Assembly (NCBI GenBank): GCA_964019425.1
Contig: OZ025780.1
Span: forward strand, 124,001-188,000
Reading direction: 5' to 3'
DNA: 64,000 bases
From: Flectonema sp. DT1601
Lineage: Eukaryota
Shown here one piece after another: positions 1 through 12,758 of this stretch. Each line of letters begins with the position of its first letter. The stretch's first letter is position 1. The translations under genes and the position numbers were made by a program. Below the pieces are notes generated by a model. The model did no database searches. It was not told the DNA's origin and worked only from the letters and a program-made list of their open reading frames with translations.

Positions 1-658
1 CGTCGGGAGAAGATCGAAGTCCAAGTCGGTGAAGAGCAGTCGAGAGAAGAGACAACGGAAGTGATTCCGAATGAATATCTTCGCTAATTGTTGTTTGAAA
101 TATAGGACGGAGAGTATCAACGTGATAACGACCTTGAATCTTGAAAGTCATTCGAGTGAGGCATTCGAGAAAGTCCACATCTCCGCTGTTCTCCATATCA
201 ACTTCAGCAAACATTTCACAAAGAATCTTTTCAGGTATCGGATATGCGATGAGGTCGATAATATCACCCAAATCTGTTCTAGTCACTCGACCATTGAGGA
301 CTCTTGACCTGCTTAACTGTTGGTAGGCAACTCTAACATCGGATATGAATTCAGACATGTCAGTGTTGTTGATACTGAAGGTACTGCTTTCACTTTTAAT
401 TGACTCGTCTCTTTCTAAAGAGACGATTGCTCCCATTTGTCTGTCAACTTCATTCTTCTCCACTTCAGAGATTCCTTCTCCTCCAATAAAGTTTTCCAAT
501 CGTTTTGTTTTTTCTTGAATTCGCATTTCCTTCAATAGTTTAACAATCACTTCAACTGGATTGTCTGGTTTTTGAGAAAGCAACTCTCTCGTTAGAATTT
601 CAAGAGTTCTCGCAACGTCGTGTTGAGTCAGGTACTCAACATTACTCGGAGGTATCAT
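1..658 (-). CDS. Protein with N-terminal RIIa/Dpy-30-like dimerization/docking helix and EF-hand-like region (runs off the window start)
   Basis: Not in the ORF track. Manual translation from the ATG at 658 gives MIPPSNVEYLTQHDVARTLEILTRELLSQKPDNPVEVIVKLL (YL...L..LL..KP.NP pattern), later EMFAEVDMENSGDVDFLECL (EF-hand-like loop). The frame is open to the window edge. Confidence 0.75.
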   Translation of the reverse strand, partial: MIPPSNVEYLTQHDVARTLEILTRELLSQKPDNPVEVIVKLLKEMRIQEKTKRLENFIGGEGISEVEKNEVDRQMGAIVSLERDESIKSESSTFSINNTDMSEFISDVRVAYQQLSRSRVLNGRVTRTDLGDIIDLIAYPIPEKILCEMFAEVDMENSGDVDFLECLTRMTFKIQGRYHVDTLRPIFQTTISEDIHSESLPLSLLSTALHRLGLRSSPD

Positions 659-1686
659 TATAAATGAAATCTGGTGAATGAATGAAGTTAATATTTCTTC
701 TTTTTATTTAAATCATTCTCTTTATCGTTCTTTTCGTAAAGAGCTACCCTGCGAGGGTTCAAAATATCATTTCAGAAATCAAACAAAACTCACATTACCC
801 CAACAGAAGTATACCTTACGAGGAATATTAATTCTCCCCCGGCGGGCGACAAGAAACTACTAGCGCTATTCGTTTTTTTAGTTTTTTTTTTCCCTCCTCC
901 GTTTTTTTTTTTTGTTTTTGCACATAAAAAAAATGAATGTCAAGACAGCATACGCAAACCCTTGCTCAGCTTTCTTAGCCTAAGTTAGTTTGTAGTCCAG
1001 CACTAACAAAAACAAAGTGTGAAAATTATTTAGTTAGGTGCCGGTTCTATTTTTTTATTGTTTTTTTTTTCCTTTCTCTCTGACATGTGAACCCCTTGCT
1101 CAGCGTCAAGGATTCTAATCACGATGTCATATTCTGGGAAGGGAAACTCAAAAACAAGAAAGGAGATAATTCCCCCTCACAATAACACATTTTATGTTTC
1201 TCTCTTGCGCACTTCAAAGGCAATCAGATTCGGAGTGAAAAAATCGTCAAAAAAAATGAGTCACTGTGTGCCTTATATCAATAAATACTTGTGGGCGAAA
1301 TTCAATTAAAAGAAGCTTTCTTTTTTCCCCACTAAAAGAATTTTATTTTCCCTGCAAATACACGTTGAACGGGAAAATAAGAAGAAAAAGGGGGACAATA
1401 AAGAGAAGGGGGGGGGAAAAAAGTAATATTTGTAACAGAAAGAAAAAATAAAAACAGCAACAAACAGCAGCAAACGTACCAAAACCAATCAAAACAAAAA
1501 TATCAATTTTTACAACTCCCCCTTTTTTTTTTTTGGAAACAGATTCCCTCAAAGTCTTTGAGTATTCGATTTTAAATAATTCAAACGATTTGGTAGACTT
1601 AATCAGGTGATAGTCTGATCACATCTAATAAAGATTTCATAACTGTGTTGTTGAACAGATGTCGTAAATAAGTTTTTTTTGTTATC

Positions 1687-3732
1687 TCATCGATCTTGTT
1701 TGTCTTCAGTATCAGAATCCTCACCCTCACGTAAGTTAGTCATAATATTTCCCCATCCGTCCTGTGTGGTTAGTGTTTGTTATTTGTGAAGTACAATTGA
1801 GATATGAAACAAAACTAATAAATACCTTCCAGCGACTCCTATCAGCAGTTGAAGGTGCTTCTTCCGGGTAACCCGAAAACACTAAAACATCTTTTTGCTC
1901 AGAACTGCTCGCCATGGTAGACCTCGGCTGGGGAATCTCGCAATCGATTGGAATTATGTTCTTTGCTGGGGTTGGATCGGTCGACTTAACTTCCGTCGTT
2001 GGCTTCTTTTTCTTCTTGCGAGGTGCTGGTGCAGAACCAACTGTGACAGGAGTCGTGTCTCTTACTATCAGCTGTGGTGTATTTGTTTTGTTTTCGATGA
2101 AGTTGACAAGAAAATTGAAAACTGAAAAAGGAAAATTTTTCTCAAAATCCTTGAGAACTTTGCGGTTCCAGTTTAATACCAGCGCGCTGAAGACTAACTT
2201 ATAGCTCAGCGTTCATTATCAATTATTTAACAACACAACACAACATAATAACATACAAGTTCGGTAGGTGTTTCGTGTTCAGGAGGAGGTACCTTCGATC
2301 GGTCGGTATCTTTTACTTGTGGAGGAGTTGGATCGCATGGGACAGAGACAACAGGAACTTTTGCATTTATTAACCAGGGGAACTGTAATAGCTCAACAGC
2401 ATTTGGTCTCTTTTTATAATCATGTTCCATCATAGATCTCACACACTCCAGTGAGACTCTGGGAAGGGCAACAGCCCACGTGGGGAATCTGATTGGGTTT
2501 TGTTTTGTAGATGTCAGGCGGGATTTATACAGGCTTTCCTATCGATAAGAAAAATAAATAGAACCGCTTTCTAAATTCCATAAATTTCATTCATTGTTTT
2601 ACTACAGTTTTTTTAATTAATTAATAGTTCTTAACGTCCATTGGAGTCGAATCAGAACGTAGTAAGTGTTTGCTTACCTAACAATGATGATAATTAATTG
2701 AATAAAAAAATAGAAAATAGAAATGTAAAAAAAAACTTTAAAAAAAGAATCAGAGAAGTTGGTAATCATTATAACAACCAGACTGTGAGAAAGACTTTTT
2801 TAAATAAATAAAAACAATAATTAATAAGCATACTGAATTCCATTCATCATTCGTTTTCGGATCTCTTGAAGGCGAACATTCCGATCTTGACAAGTTTCAG
2901 TAGGAAGTGGAGCGTATGGAAGTCTACCCAAAAGCATTGCATATGTAACGACACCAGCTCCGTAAATATCTACTTTCGGAAGCTCGCCTTTTGAAGTTTG
3001 CCAAACACGCTTTCCTTTTAACGAGCTGTCAATCATTCCGTTGATAGCTTCGAGTGCTGCGTACTGCTCAGTAAATGAAAATGGAGTTACGAGAACACCT
3101 GGACTGTCTGCTTTAAGAAGACCATCTCCAGCTCGTGGAGGAAACACATTACGAGGTGCTGATGCTTTACCGACTGATTTGGAAGCTCCGAAATCGATTA
3201 ATTTAATAGCGAGAGTCTGTGGTTGTATTAATATGTTTTCAGGTTTAACATCTCTGTGGACAATGCGATTGCTGTGGAGGTACGCGAGAGCTTCCAAAAG
3301 TTGTCGGAGAATGATAGCAGCGTCAGGCGGGTCAACAACTTGTTTTGTTCGAATGAATTCGAATAAAGTACCTGGACAAAGAGTTGTAATTGCGTACAGT
3401 GATTCTGGAGTGTGTAATGCTTTTAGTAGTGATAAACACGCGTGGTGTTTTACAACTTTCATTACAGCAATCTCCACCAGATGTTGTTTTAATATTTTTG
3501 GATTTTCAAGTTTCTTTTTTGACATTTCCTTGACAGCGACCATCTCACCAGTTTTTCTGTCTCGCATTCTTCTAACTACCCCGTAGCTTCCCTTTCCAAT
3601 AAATCCCTCATCGGGTTTTCCGTCTTCATCAACATCACCGGCCTTACCAACTAACTCATACTCGTTATTGATGTTGGAGATCGCTCCGGCAATTTTATTT
3701 AACTTTTCAGAAACATCATCAGGTTTCAACAT
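1687..3732 (-). CDS. Ser/Thr protein kinase, CAMK-group-like; exons 3732-2834, 2488-2257, 2071-1826, 1761-1687
   Basis: Motifs GKGSYGVV, VAVK, HRDVKPEN, DFG, DIYGAG, RPNAVELLQFPW. GT...CAG introns join the exons in phase and complete the C-lobe. A likely 5'UTR intron (GTAAGT...TACAG) lies at ~3833-3775. Confidence 0.85.
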
Positions 3733-4174
3733 CAAAGAGCGGTAATCTCAGCTCACCTCACCTGATTACTGTCTGTAATGATATGAATTAAGTGATGAAT
3801 AATAATATGTGGGAATGACTTACTTTAAAATAGTTTTCATTAATTCACAATCATTTTTTTTTTTTTTTTTTTTTAAACTGGAAAAAACAAAAACAAAAAA
3901 CAAAACTGATATTTCGATTAAGGGCCATACACATCTCACTTGGTGGATGATGTCAGAGAATTGATATTTTTCCCCGGACTATGCGGAGCTCGGGTGTTGT
4001 TTCTTTCTCTTCGCTGCTTTTTTTTTTTTTTTTTTTTTTTAAATTTCCATTAAATATTTTTGTTTTCGCTTTATGAAAGAATCGAGCATCACTCAGCAGA
4101 GGAGTGGCACAGGGGAGCACGTAGTTTTTTTTTTTTTTCTTCTTTCCTTCTTCCAAAAAGAGAACATGGGTGCA

Positions 4175-4212
<38 letters not shown>

Positions 4213-5202
4213 TGAAACCCTGCAGACATCATTACTGTCATAAGTAAGAATCTGGAGGAAAAAAAATCTCAGATGAAAAATGCTATAGGTTAATAATTTT
4301 ATTCTTTTTACTTCTTTTTTTATTTTTATTTTCAGTCCTCCCCCCCCCCCCCAAAAAAAAAAAAAAAAAACGATAAATAATCCTGCAAGTACAGTGACCC
4401 TACGCAAAGCGTATCGACAGGATTCACGAAAAGAGAGTCACTCCTCAGGGGATAGCCAGACAATACAAGACTAACCCAGAACGATGTGCTCTTCATTTCG
4501 AAGTCCAATGTGATGGACAATTATTCAAGGATGCAATGCCTTATATAAATATTGAGGAGGGAACGGATCTGAGATAATGCGAGTTAACAACTCACGCAGC
4601 CGGTTCAAAAAAAAGACCAGTATTAGAGTGACAAAAGGAAAAGGATGTAGTGCAAAAAAATAAAAAGGAGAAAGACGGGAGGGGGGGAAAAAAAAACGAG
4701 CGAGCGGGTTTTTGAAGCGATTTATTTTTTTTTTTTTTTTTCCCTCTTTCAAGATGCGAAGAGTAGAAGGGGCTTGGGGAAGAGTGTAGCTTTTTTTTTT
4801 TCTTTCAGTTTCGTCTCTCGGGAGTCGTAAGCGACTCGCATTTTTATTTGTTTTTTTTTTTTTTGTTTTTTTTCTTTTTAAGGCTCTCTTAGCAACTTGA
4901 CTTTTATAACTATTCTTACTAACCAATATCATTATTAAAAAAATAAAAAATAAAATAAAATTTTAATTTTTCTTTATTTTCTAATATGGGAGTCAAACTG
5001 ACTCTTATTTTTGTCGGGGTTGAAAAAAAAAAGGTCAAGCGGACACCGCCTTCGATACGCAAAAAACCAATTTATTTGGCAACGAACCATCACAGAATAT
5101 AATATTATGAATGATGCGAAAACTTGCAAATCCTAAAGCAGTCGGCACCGATTCTCCCTTTTTTTTTCCTTTTTTTTTTTTTGGGAACTAAAAACCTTTC
5201 AG

Positions 5203-5255
<53 letters not shown>

Positions 5256-5389
5256 GGAAGGGAAACAATGGAAGAAGCCAACTTCACTAATCTTTTTTAA
5301 AGATCGTTGTGACAGGATATGCTTCCATCTAATAATTGTTCAAGTCTTCATAAATACCCTCCAGAGTGTGATAGACGTGCAAAGAAAAA

Positions 5390-7339
5390 CTAGTTCTTTA
5401 CACCCTGAGCTTCCTTGTGTATTCTCAAAGCATCTAATGCATCACGGACAGCGGCTTCAAGATTCGATAGTGGTCTGTTTTTTTCAGGTGTTTTTTTTTT
5501 TTTTTGTAAAAAAAAAATAAATACTATTGTTAAGTTCAGTATAAAAGACTACATACTCAAGAAGGTTTAACAGCTCTGCGATATCAGGACACCCGGAAGC
5601 AGAACCTGCGAGGAGCATTCCTGTGATCTTTCCCGCTCGCTGTTTTGTTATTTTTAAAAGTAAAAAATATTTTGAATCACACGGTTGGTTTATACATACG
5701 TCTTCTGGGTGGCCCATTTGCTTGATCTCGTGATAAATAATGGTACCGATGGCTTCACGTTGTTCCTGTTTGTTGGAATAGTTATAAATAATGATGTGAT
5801 GCACAGTTCTATTTATGTTCAAATTAAAATAAAACATACGCTGTCACTCTTAGATGACAAGTCTGCTAGCTGTCTGGCTATTTTACTTTGCTGAGAATTA
5901 TTTTTGTGAGCGAGGCCCGAGAATCCATTTGGACCCATGTGTGAGTTTCTCGCACCCTTTCCATGAACTGTTGGTGGAGCTACTCTGTTGAATGGCGCTG
6001 GCTTGCCCCAAACATCACCTTGGTAGCCACCTACTGGTCCTCCGAATTGTGGGTGAACTCCAAAAACTTGCTGTGGTGATGGCCCAGGTCCGAAGTTATC
6101 TTTCGTACTGTACTTTAAAGTGATTGACATCGATGATCCCTTCATTGGTTTTCCTCTCATAGCTGTGAGTGCCTTGTGAGCCATCGAAGGAGTGGCAAAA
6201 AAGACAATACCAGTGGCAGCATTGCTGGCTTCACGACGAATGTTAACCTGAGTAACGTCACCATGTTCTGCGAAGGCTGCCCGAATGGAGTTGTCGTCGA
6301 ATTTCGGATCAGGAATGCGGAAATATAATTTATTTTGATGAGATTTTCCACCAAAACCACCAGGATGATGTTGGTGGTGATGATGTGGCATGTGATGAGG
6401 GTGCATGCCAGGGTGTGGAGGAGGAGGCATTCCAACCATTGGCATACCAGGCGGCATCATGTAAGGTGACGGTGTCACGCTAGCACCAGTCCAGTACTGC
6501 GGTTGGTCAGCAGGGACACCAACTTCTTCGTCGAACATTTTTTTCAACTCCGAGTCTCTTTCTTTTCTTTTCATTGCTCTGGCAACATACAAGTCCTGAA
6601 AGTCAGTCAACCCTTCGATCGGCTTTCCGTTCATCTGATTAACGCATTCCTGCGCGTCATCCATACTTTGGTATGTAACAAACGCGAACTTTCTATCGTG
6701 TTCATCAATTTTAAGACAAACAGTAAGGACTGGTCCGTACAGTGAGAATGCCTCAACGAGTTGTCCCTCAGTTACCATGTCACCCAAATTCTTAACATAG
6801 ACGTTGTTAAAATTCGAGGAAACACTTTTTTTTGACTTAACAAACGGCTTCACAGCGATCGTGCTCCCGTTGAGGGACGTATTGTTATAACGTTGGAGAG
6901 CTAGTTTTGCTAAGTCATCAGATTCATATGCGACGTATCCATATCCGAGAGAGACACCAAAATCATCGGTTGCGACCTTACACGAATTGACTGCACCAAG
7001 AGCGCTGAAATGTGAATACAAGTCTCTGTTGGTGAAGTCTTGCGGTAAACCAGTTACATATAAATTACCTATTCCTAATTTCCTGGTTTTTGGATCCCTC
7101 ACAACCGGCATAATTCTCATCATCTTACCCTTCAAAGGGCTGTAATTCAATTTTTGAGTAGCAATTTTGCCCGCTCCAGGTTCAGCCATATTGACGTAGG
7201 CATACCCTAGTGAGACCTTAGTCTTTACATCTCTACAGACTGAGACAGAGCGAACGCGGCTAACTGCTCCGAATACTTGTTCTAAGTCTGCCTCAGTGAC
7301 ATCTAACCCTAGATCACCCACATAAAGCGAGTCAGACAT
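5390..7339 (-). CDS. PABP: Poly(A)-binding-protein-like: four RRMs, Pro/His/Gly-rich linker, C-terminal MLLE(PABC)-like domain; exons 7339-5840, 5765-5700, 5639-5557, 5474-5390
   Basis: RRM motifs SLYVGDL/SLGYAYVN, NLYVTGL/GYGYVAY, NVYVKNL/FAFVTY. Three GTATGT...CAG introns splice in phase to give EQREAIGTIIYHEIK...RAGKITGMLL...LEAAVRDALDAL, an MLLE-like domain. Confidence 0.85.
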
Positions 7340-7499
7340 ATTAATGATGACCTGAAGTAATTGAATTAGTGAATGAAATTACAGCAACAACCATCTATCA
7401 ATAACAAAACAGAACAAAGTTACCAGATAGTTAACACTAGTGAAACATGCAGGCATCTAAATACTATTAAGGGTAAATTTTTTTCGTTGATAATCTCAT

Positions 7500-8900
7500 G
7501 TGTCGTTCATTCAGATATTCCCTTCCCGTAAACAGATACATCTTTCACTTTTAGATTATTTCTATAATAATGCTCCTTTTAATCATTGCATCCCTTTTCA
7601 AATATTCATCTCCCTTCTTAGTTGCAGTCTTCCAGGTTTTAAGGATGGAGCCAATCATACGATTCGACGAACAGCGATACTCACCTTTGACGGCTCCAGA
7701 AGGAATCTCATTGGTCCATTCATGTGCGTCCTTAATTAGAAGACGATACCTTAAGAGCTCGTAACTGTCCGTTTCCGGCTTTAGTGACTTAATCGGTGGC
7801 ATATCTCAACTATCTATCTCAACCGTCCCTGTCGCGTTTGTCAGATTCGCTGCCAACTGATGTCCGTCTCCCAGGATTCTGTTTGAACGCTTGCATCGGC
7901 GATCCTCCATGCTAGAAATTGCGTCGCTTTATCTTCCATTTCTACATGGAGTACCGGGTCTGATGGGAATTCCTCATTGCTTATCTTTCTAATTGCCTGC
8001 TTACCAGTTAGTGACAGTGTTGATGATGATGAGGAGAATGATGATGTCGATGATGATGATGATGATGATGATAATTCATCGAAACAGTCGAAAGGGTTGT
8101 AACAGACGGGGTCGCAGTAGTAGTAATAATAGAAAGGGACTCGTCCTCCAGTGTCAATGTTGCTGAAGTTAGTGCGAGTAGAGTCCCGGCATAACATGCT
8201 CTTATAACTATCAACTTCTCCCTCCGTGGCTTCTCGATCGTGATAGACGTCAATGGTGTTAGTCTATCCATCGGAGCTCCGCTAAGACTTCTTTCCGAGG
8301 AAATATCTCAGCACCCGTCTTACTGATAACCATCTAAGAAGTCTCTTCAAGTCTGCTTAATATGAAGGGTCTCTTACACCACTTGTCCATGTTCCGAGTC
8401 TGGAATATCACATAGGAGCATTGTCTGCTGATCCTTGTGCATTCACAGAACATGGCTTTGGTCCATTGCGTGGAGTACCTAAGTGGTGTTCCCAAATGTT
8501 GAGTTGGTCTAAAGCAATGTTTCCCCTTTCGCCAACTTCGGTTGTGTAAATGTTACAATCGAATCCATTGGCTATTATTTGCTTTTGAAGGTTGATGTAC
8601 CTGTCAGCTTCTTTGAAATCTCAAACCTGTCCTCATTAGGACAGGTCAGCTCCAGGATTACGGCTCGTTGGCATTGAGAGAATATAAAAATATATCCGAT
8701 CTTAAACTGGTTGCTACATGAGTGACCTCAGTTGGCATAGTCCAACTTCGATGTCACTTATTAACTCAGGTACAAATAATAAAAACAAAACACATACAGC
8801 TACAGGATACTCACATCAGTTGGACCGATATCGATGCTTCCGTTGTCTTCCCTGGCAATTGTTTTTCAAAAACACTCGTTATTTTTCATGTTCTGAAATA
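7500..8900 (-). pseudogene. Degraded fragment of a related RLE non-LTR retrotransposon subfamily (RLE domain plus probable C-terminal extension)
   Basis: Frameshifted minus-strand translations RAVILELTCPNEDRFEIS, IIANGFDCNIYTTEVGERGNIALDQLNIW and FCECTRISRQCSYVIFQTRN align with the intact element. The left boundary is uncertain. Confidence 0.8.
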
Positions 8901-9009
8901 CTTTGCTAACATTACAACACAATTCAAACAGGTCTGTCATTGCTCTATTTCCGCATTCCGTTTTGCCATGGGACGATGGAAGTACTTCGATGGAGGCTCA
9001 GATCTCGGA

Positions 9010-9320
9010 AGTGCTGGTATCTCGTATGTGCGTTGGTATCTCTTGCGTGTTGGTATCTCTTGCGCATAAAAAAAAATATTGAGTTAACATGATCAGTTTT
9101 ATTTAAAATTAAAGACAGACCGGAACTATTTGAAAATAAAATGTAGATGGGAAACAGTGAAAATTAAAATGAATGATAAAATTAAATGAGATTTATGACA
9201 TAACAGACCAGATAGAGAGTAATAAAGGGAAAAGGAAAACGGGAAGGGTTCATTCACTTAGTTAAAGTTAAGACCGATTAGTCAGTTTAAGGTCTTGACT
9301 AGGACCAACAAAAAAAAAAA
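9010..9320 (-). mobile_element. Diverged fragment of the retroelement 3' UTR
   Basis: Homologous to 19700-20060, including the GGTATCTC motifs and the aagaccg.ttagtcagtttaaggtcttgactaggacc block. Confidence 0.8.
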
Positions 9321-9449
9321 TAAATTTATTTTATGCTTTTCTAATGTCCCAAAGTTGGTTTATTTTACTTTTTTTTTTCTACAAGGGAACAGTCCAAAGC
9401 ATAAGTCCGAACAGCCCTAAGGCCAGTGAACGCACTGATTGTTAGGTAT

Positions 9450-10677
9450 TGTATCGATCGACTATGTCGATCACTTTCTATTTTCCGTCCTGGTCAAGAC
9501 GCTAAACTGATTGTTTTTTTTTCTTCAAAATTAATAAAAAAGAATATAAAAAAATACAAAAAAAAGAATAAACAATGTTATCATTGTTTTTTTTTATCGT
9601 TCGACTTTGTCGACTAATTTCTATTTTCCGTTTCTTTTCTTTAAAAAATAAATAAAAAGAATTTAAAATAAAAAAAAAGAATAAACAATGTTATCATTGT
9701 TTTTTTATCGATCGACTATGTCGATCACTTTCTATTTTCCGTCCTGGTCAAGACGCTAAACTGATTGTTTTTTTTTCAAAATTAATAAAAAAGAATATAA
9801 AAAAAATAAAAAAAAAAGAATAAACAATGTTATCATTGTTTTTTTTTTTATCGTTCGACTTTGTTGACTAATTTCTATTTTCCGTTTTTTTTCTTTTTAA
9901 AAAATAAATAAAAAGAATTTAAAAAAAAAAAAAGAATAAACAATGTTATCATTGTTTTTTTTATCGATCGACTATGTCGATTACTTTCTATTTTCCGTCC
10001 TGGTCAAGACGCCAAACTGATTGTTTTTTTTTTTCAAAATTAATAAAAAAGAATAGAATAAAAAAAAAAATAAAAAAATAGAATAAACAATGTTATCATT
10101 GGTTTTTTTTTTTTTATCGTTCGACTTTGTTGACTATTTTCTATTTTCCATTTTTTTCTTTAAAAAATAAATAAAAAGAATTTAAAATAAAAAAAAAAAA
10201 AGAATAAACAATATTATCATTGTTTTTTTTATCGATCGACTATGTCGATCACTTTCTATTTTCCGTCCTGGTCAAGACGCTAAACTGATTGTTTTTTTTT
10301 TTTCAAAATTAATAAAAAAGAATATAAAAAAAATACAAAAAAAAGAATAAACAATGTTATCATTGTTTTTTTTTATCGTTCGACTTTGTCGACTAATTTC
10401 TATTTTCCGTTTTTTTTCTTTAAAAAATAAATAAAAAGAATTTAAAATAAAAAAAAAGAATAAACAATGTTATCATTGTTTTCTTATCGATCGACTATGT
10501 CAATCACTTTCTATTTTCCGTCCTGGTCAAGACGCTAAACTGATTGTTTTTTTTTTCAAAATTAATAAAAAAGAATATTAAAAAAAATACAAAAAAAAAG
10601 AATAAACAATGTTATCATTGTTTTTTTATCGTTCGACTTTGTCGACTAATTTCTATTTTCCGTTTTTTTTTCTTTAA
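9450..10677 (+). repeat. Hairpin satellite array (retroelement 3' UTR type), truncated
   Basis: Alternating long and short units containing aaacaatgttatcattgttt, gatcgactatgtcgatc and cgtcctggtcaagacg. Confidence 0.9.
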
Positions 10678-10950
10678 CCCTTTAAGCCCTGAAGGCCACT
10701 ATAGTGGCCTTTCGCGTTTTTTTTTTTTTGACAAAGGGGAAAAATGTACCTTGTGAGTACAAGGGTGGAGCCAGAGCTGCCAAAAAACGACAAATTTTAT
10801 GTGGGATCGTGCTGCAAAAATCACCAGCTTTTTCTGAGAAAAAGTTCTTTTTTTTTTTTCTGCACTGGGAACAGTCTTAGCCAGGTTGCCCATGACTATC
10901 CCATGTTTTCAGCCAAAAATTAAAATCCCTAAAACTATTTCCATCGACTT
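10678..10950. mobile_element. Putative piggyBac terminus
   Basis: The satellite stops at TTAA followed by CCCT. It shares the subterminal ttgacaaagg(g/a)gaaaa with the piggyBac end at 39787. The right boundary is not defined. Confidence 0.5.
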
Positions 10951-10959
10951 TCAACACGT

Positions 10960-11105
10960 AATAACCAGGGATAATTCTCGGTAAGGCCGCCGTCACCGTG
11001 AAGCTGCTACGAATATAACCCAACAAACTAGCAATTCCTCCAACTTTTTTCATATGTGCACATAGTCAGCTACGCACTTGGAGATTTTCTTAATCTCTTT
11101 AAGCG
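10960..11105 (-). mobile_element. Internally deleted MULE fragment
   Basis: Matches 25555-25650, joined directly to 26667-26712 of the MULE in this window. Confidence 0.75.
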
Positions 11106-11904
11106 AGAGTCCGTAGTAAAAGAGTAAAAGCCTAGAGAGAAAAACGTTTGTGGTTAGGAACCTGAACGTTTTTATATTATATTATCGATTTTATAACTTC
11201 ACATAGGTACTATGAACGATGAGAGATCCAGTGGGATCACTCAGGGTCTAGTAGAGACCACCAATGTTGTGCGTTGATAGGCAAGGTGACCAACCTTGAC
11301 ATTCTTTCTTTTCTCTCCTGTTGTGACAAACACAAAATACACACACAGCTTACAGTGTGTTCTTTGTGTATGTTTTCTTCAGGTGTGAGTAGTTTTTTTG
11401 TTCTTGCTCTTCAGGGAGGGCCTTAGCCAAAAGCTAACAGTCCAAATCTCACCTGGAAATTCAACTCAGTCCTTGTCAGTTTTGGCATCAAACCTGTAAT
11501 GGTTTAATCATTACAGGTTATTTACTGAAATATTTGTTCTAAAAGTTGCTAAGTATTTCTCACTTAGAAATTTTTTATTTTTTTATTTTCAGCTCAATTA
11601 GCTACAAAGTGTTACTACTAAGTGTTTCTCACTTAGATTTTTTTTTTGCTTTTCAGCTCCTTAAAAGCTGCTAAGTATTTCTGCTAAGTGTTTCTCACTT
11701 AGAATTTTATTTTTATGTTCGTTTTCTATCCCTTCTCCTATCCCTTTTGTTCAAAAAAAGCGGGAGGAAATTCTCTAATTCACGCTAAGATGCACTCTGA
11801 ACTTTGATTTTTTGATCTGAGTACACTGACGCACAAGTATTTTGACACAGAAAGCCAGAAAAAAATTTTGACATGCTTGGCAGTCTTTCGAAAAAGAGAA
11901 AAAA

Positions 11905-11955
11905 GGGTGTCACGGGGTTCGAACCTGAGACCTCCAGGTCATGGTTCGGTGGTCA
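11905..11955 (-). pseudogene. tRNA-like 3' half / SINE head remnant
   Basis: The minus strand reads ...ccatgacctggaggtctcaggttcgaaccccgtgacacc: a B-box GGTTCGAACC with a tRNA-like variable loop. No complete cloverleaf is present. Confidence 0.4.
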
Positions 11956-12483
11956 ACAATAACAAAAAACGATGGGCCACTCCTTGAGAGCTTCCGGAGC
12001 CTGCTGCAATCCCTGAAGCTGAAACTCATTTCAGTGGACGATGCATCCCAGATCTACAAGGAGCTGATTAGCCCGCAGAATGCACCGAGAGGGATTCGAG
12101 GAGGGAGAGTGCGTTCTTGCTAACCTGTTAATAGGCCGGTCTTCACGGTGCCTTGTGAGAAAAAAAAGAAGTTTACTGGTGGCAAGTAAACTGATATCCC
12201 AGAGACGCATTTGATCGGGCGAACCGGGGAAAAGTCAAATAAGATGCAATTCGACCCTCGCTGATGGCAGGGGTGTGTCAAAGTGAGCTCGGCATTATAT
12301 TAAATCTAATTAAAAAAGCGCCCTACGCGCCCTCCAGCGCCCTATTTTGGCCCTATTTTGGCCCTACAATGGCCCTATTTTGGCCCTACAAATTTTTGTG
12401 GCTGATTTTCACCAGGCGCCCTCCAAATTTGGAGGGCACTTCCATCATAATATCAAGTTTATTTAGTGTTTCAGATTAGAACT

Positions 12484-12516
<33 letters not shown>

Positions 12517-12733
12517 TTTACTTAATTGCGTGGTTTCCTGCTAGTATACCGGACAAGGTGGAAGCAAAGTGTTTCTAGATCTCCTGATCTAGTATGCCCT
12601 GTGCTGATACTAACAAAATAATCCCCCGGGATTAGGTTCTTCCTACTGCCGCAGTATTGGGGACCCTCAGAAGAGCCACCCGGTACTCTTTGAGTGTCTA
12701 CCTAACCGATACTCGGTGGTCTGATGGACTTGC

Positions 12734-12758
12734 TAACTAACTAACTAACTAACTAACT
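12734..12758 (+). repeat. (CTAA)n microsatellite
   Basis: About six CTAA units at the end of a segment that is present only in tandem unit 1. Confidence 0.8.

Noticed and set aside
3041..3586. Plus-strand ORFs overlapping the kinase, the MULE (26686-27570) and the RT genes
   Set aside because: Antisense shadows of real coding sequence, with no motifs of their own.
12734..12758. Telomeric repeat seed
   Set aside because: (CTAA)n is short, internal and not CCCTAA.
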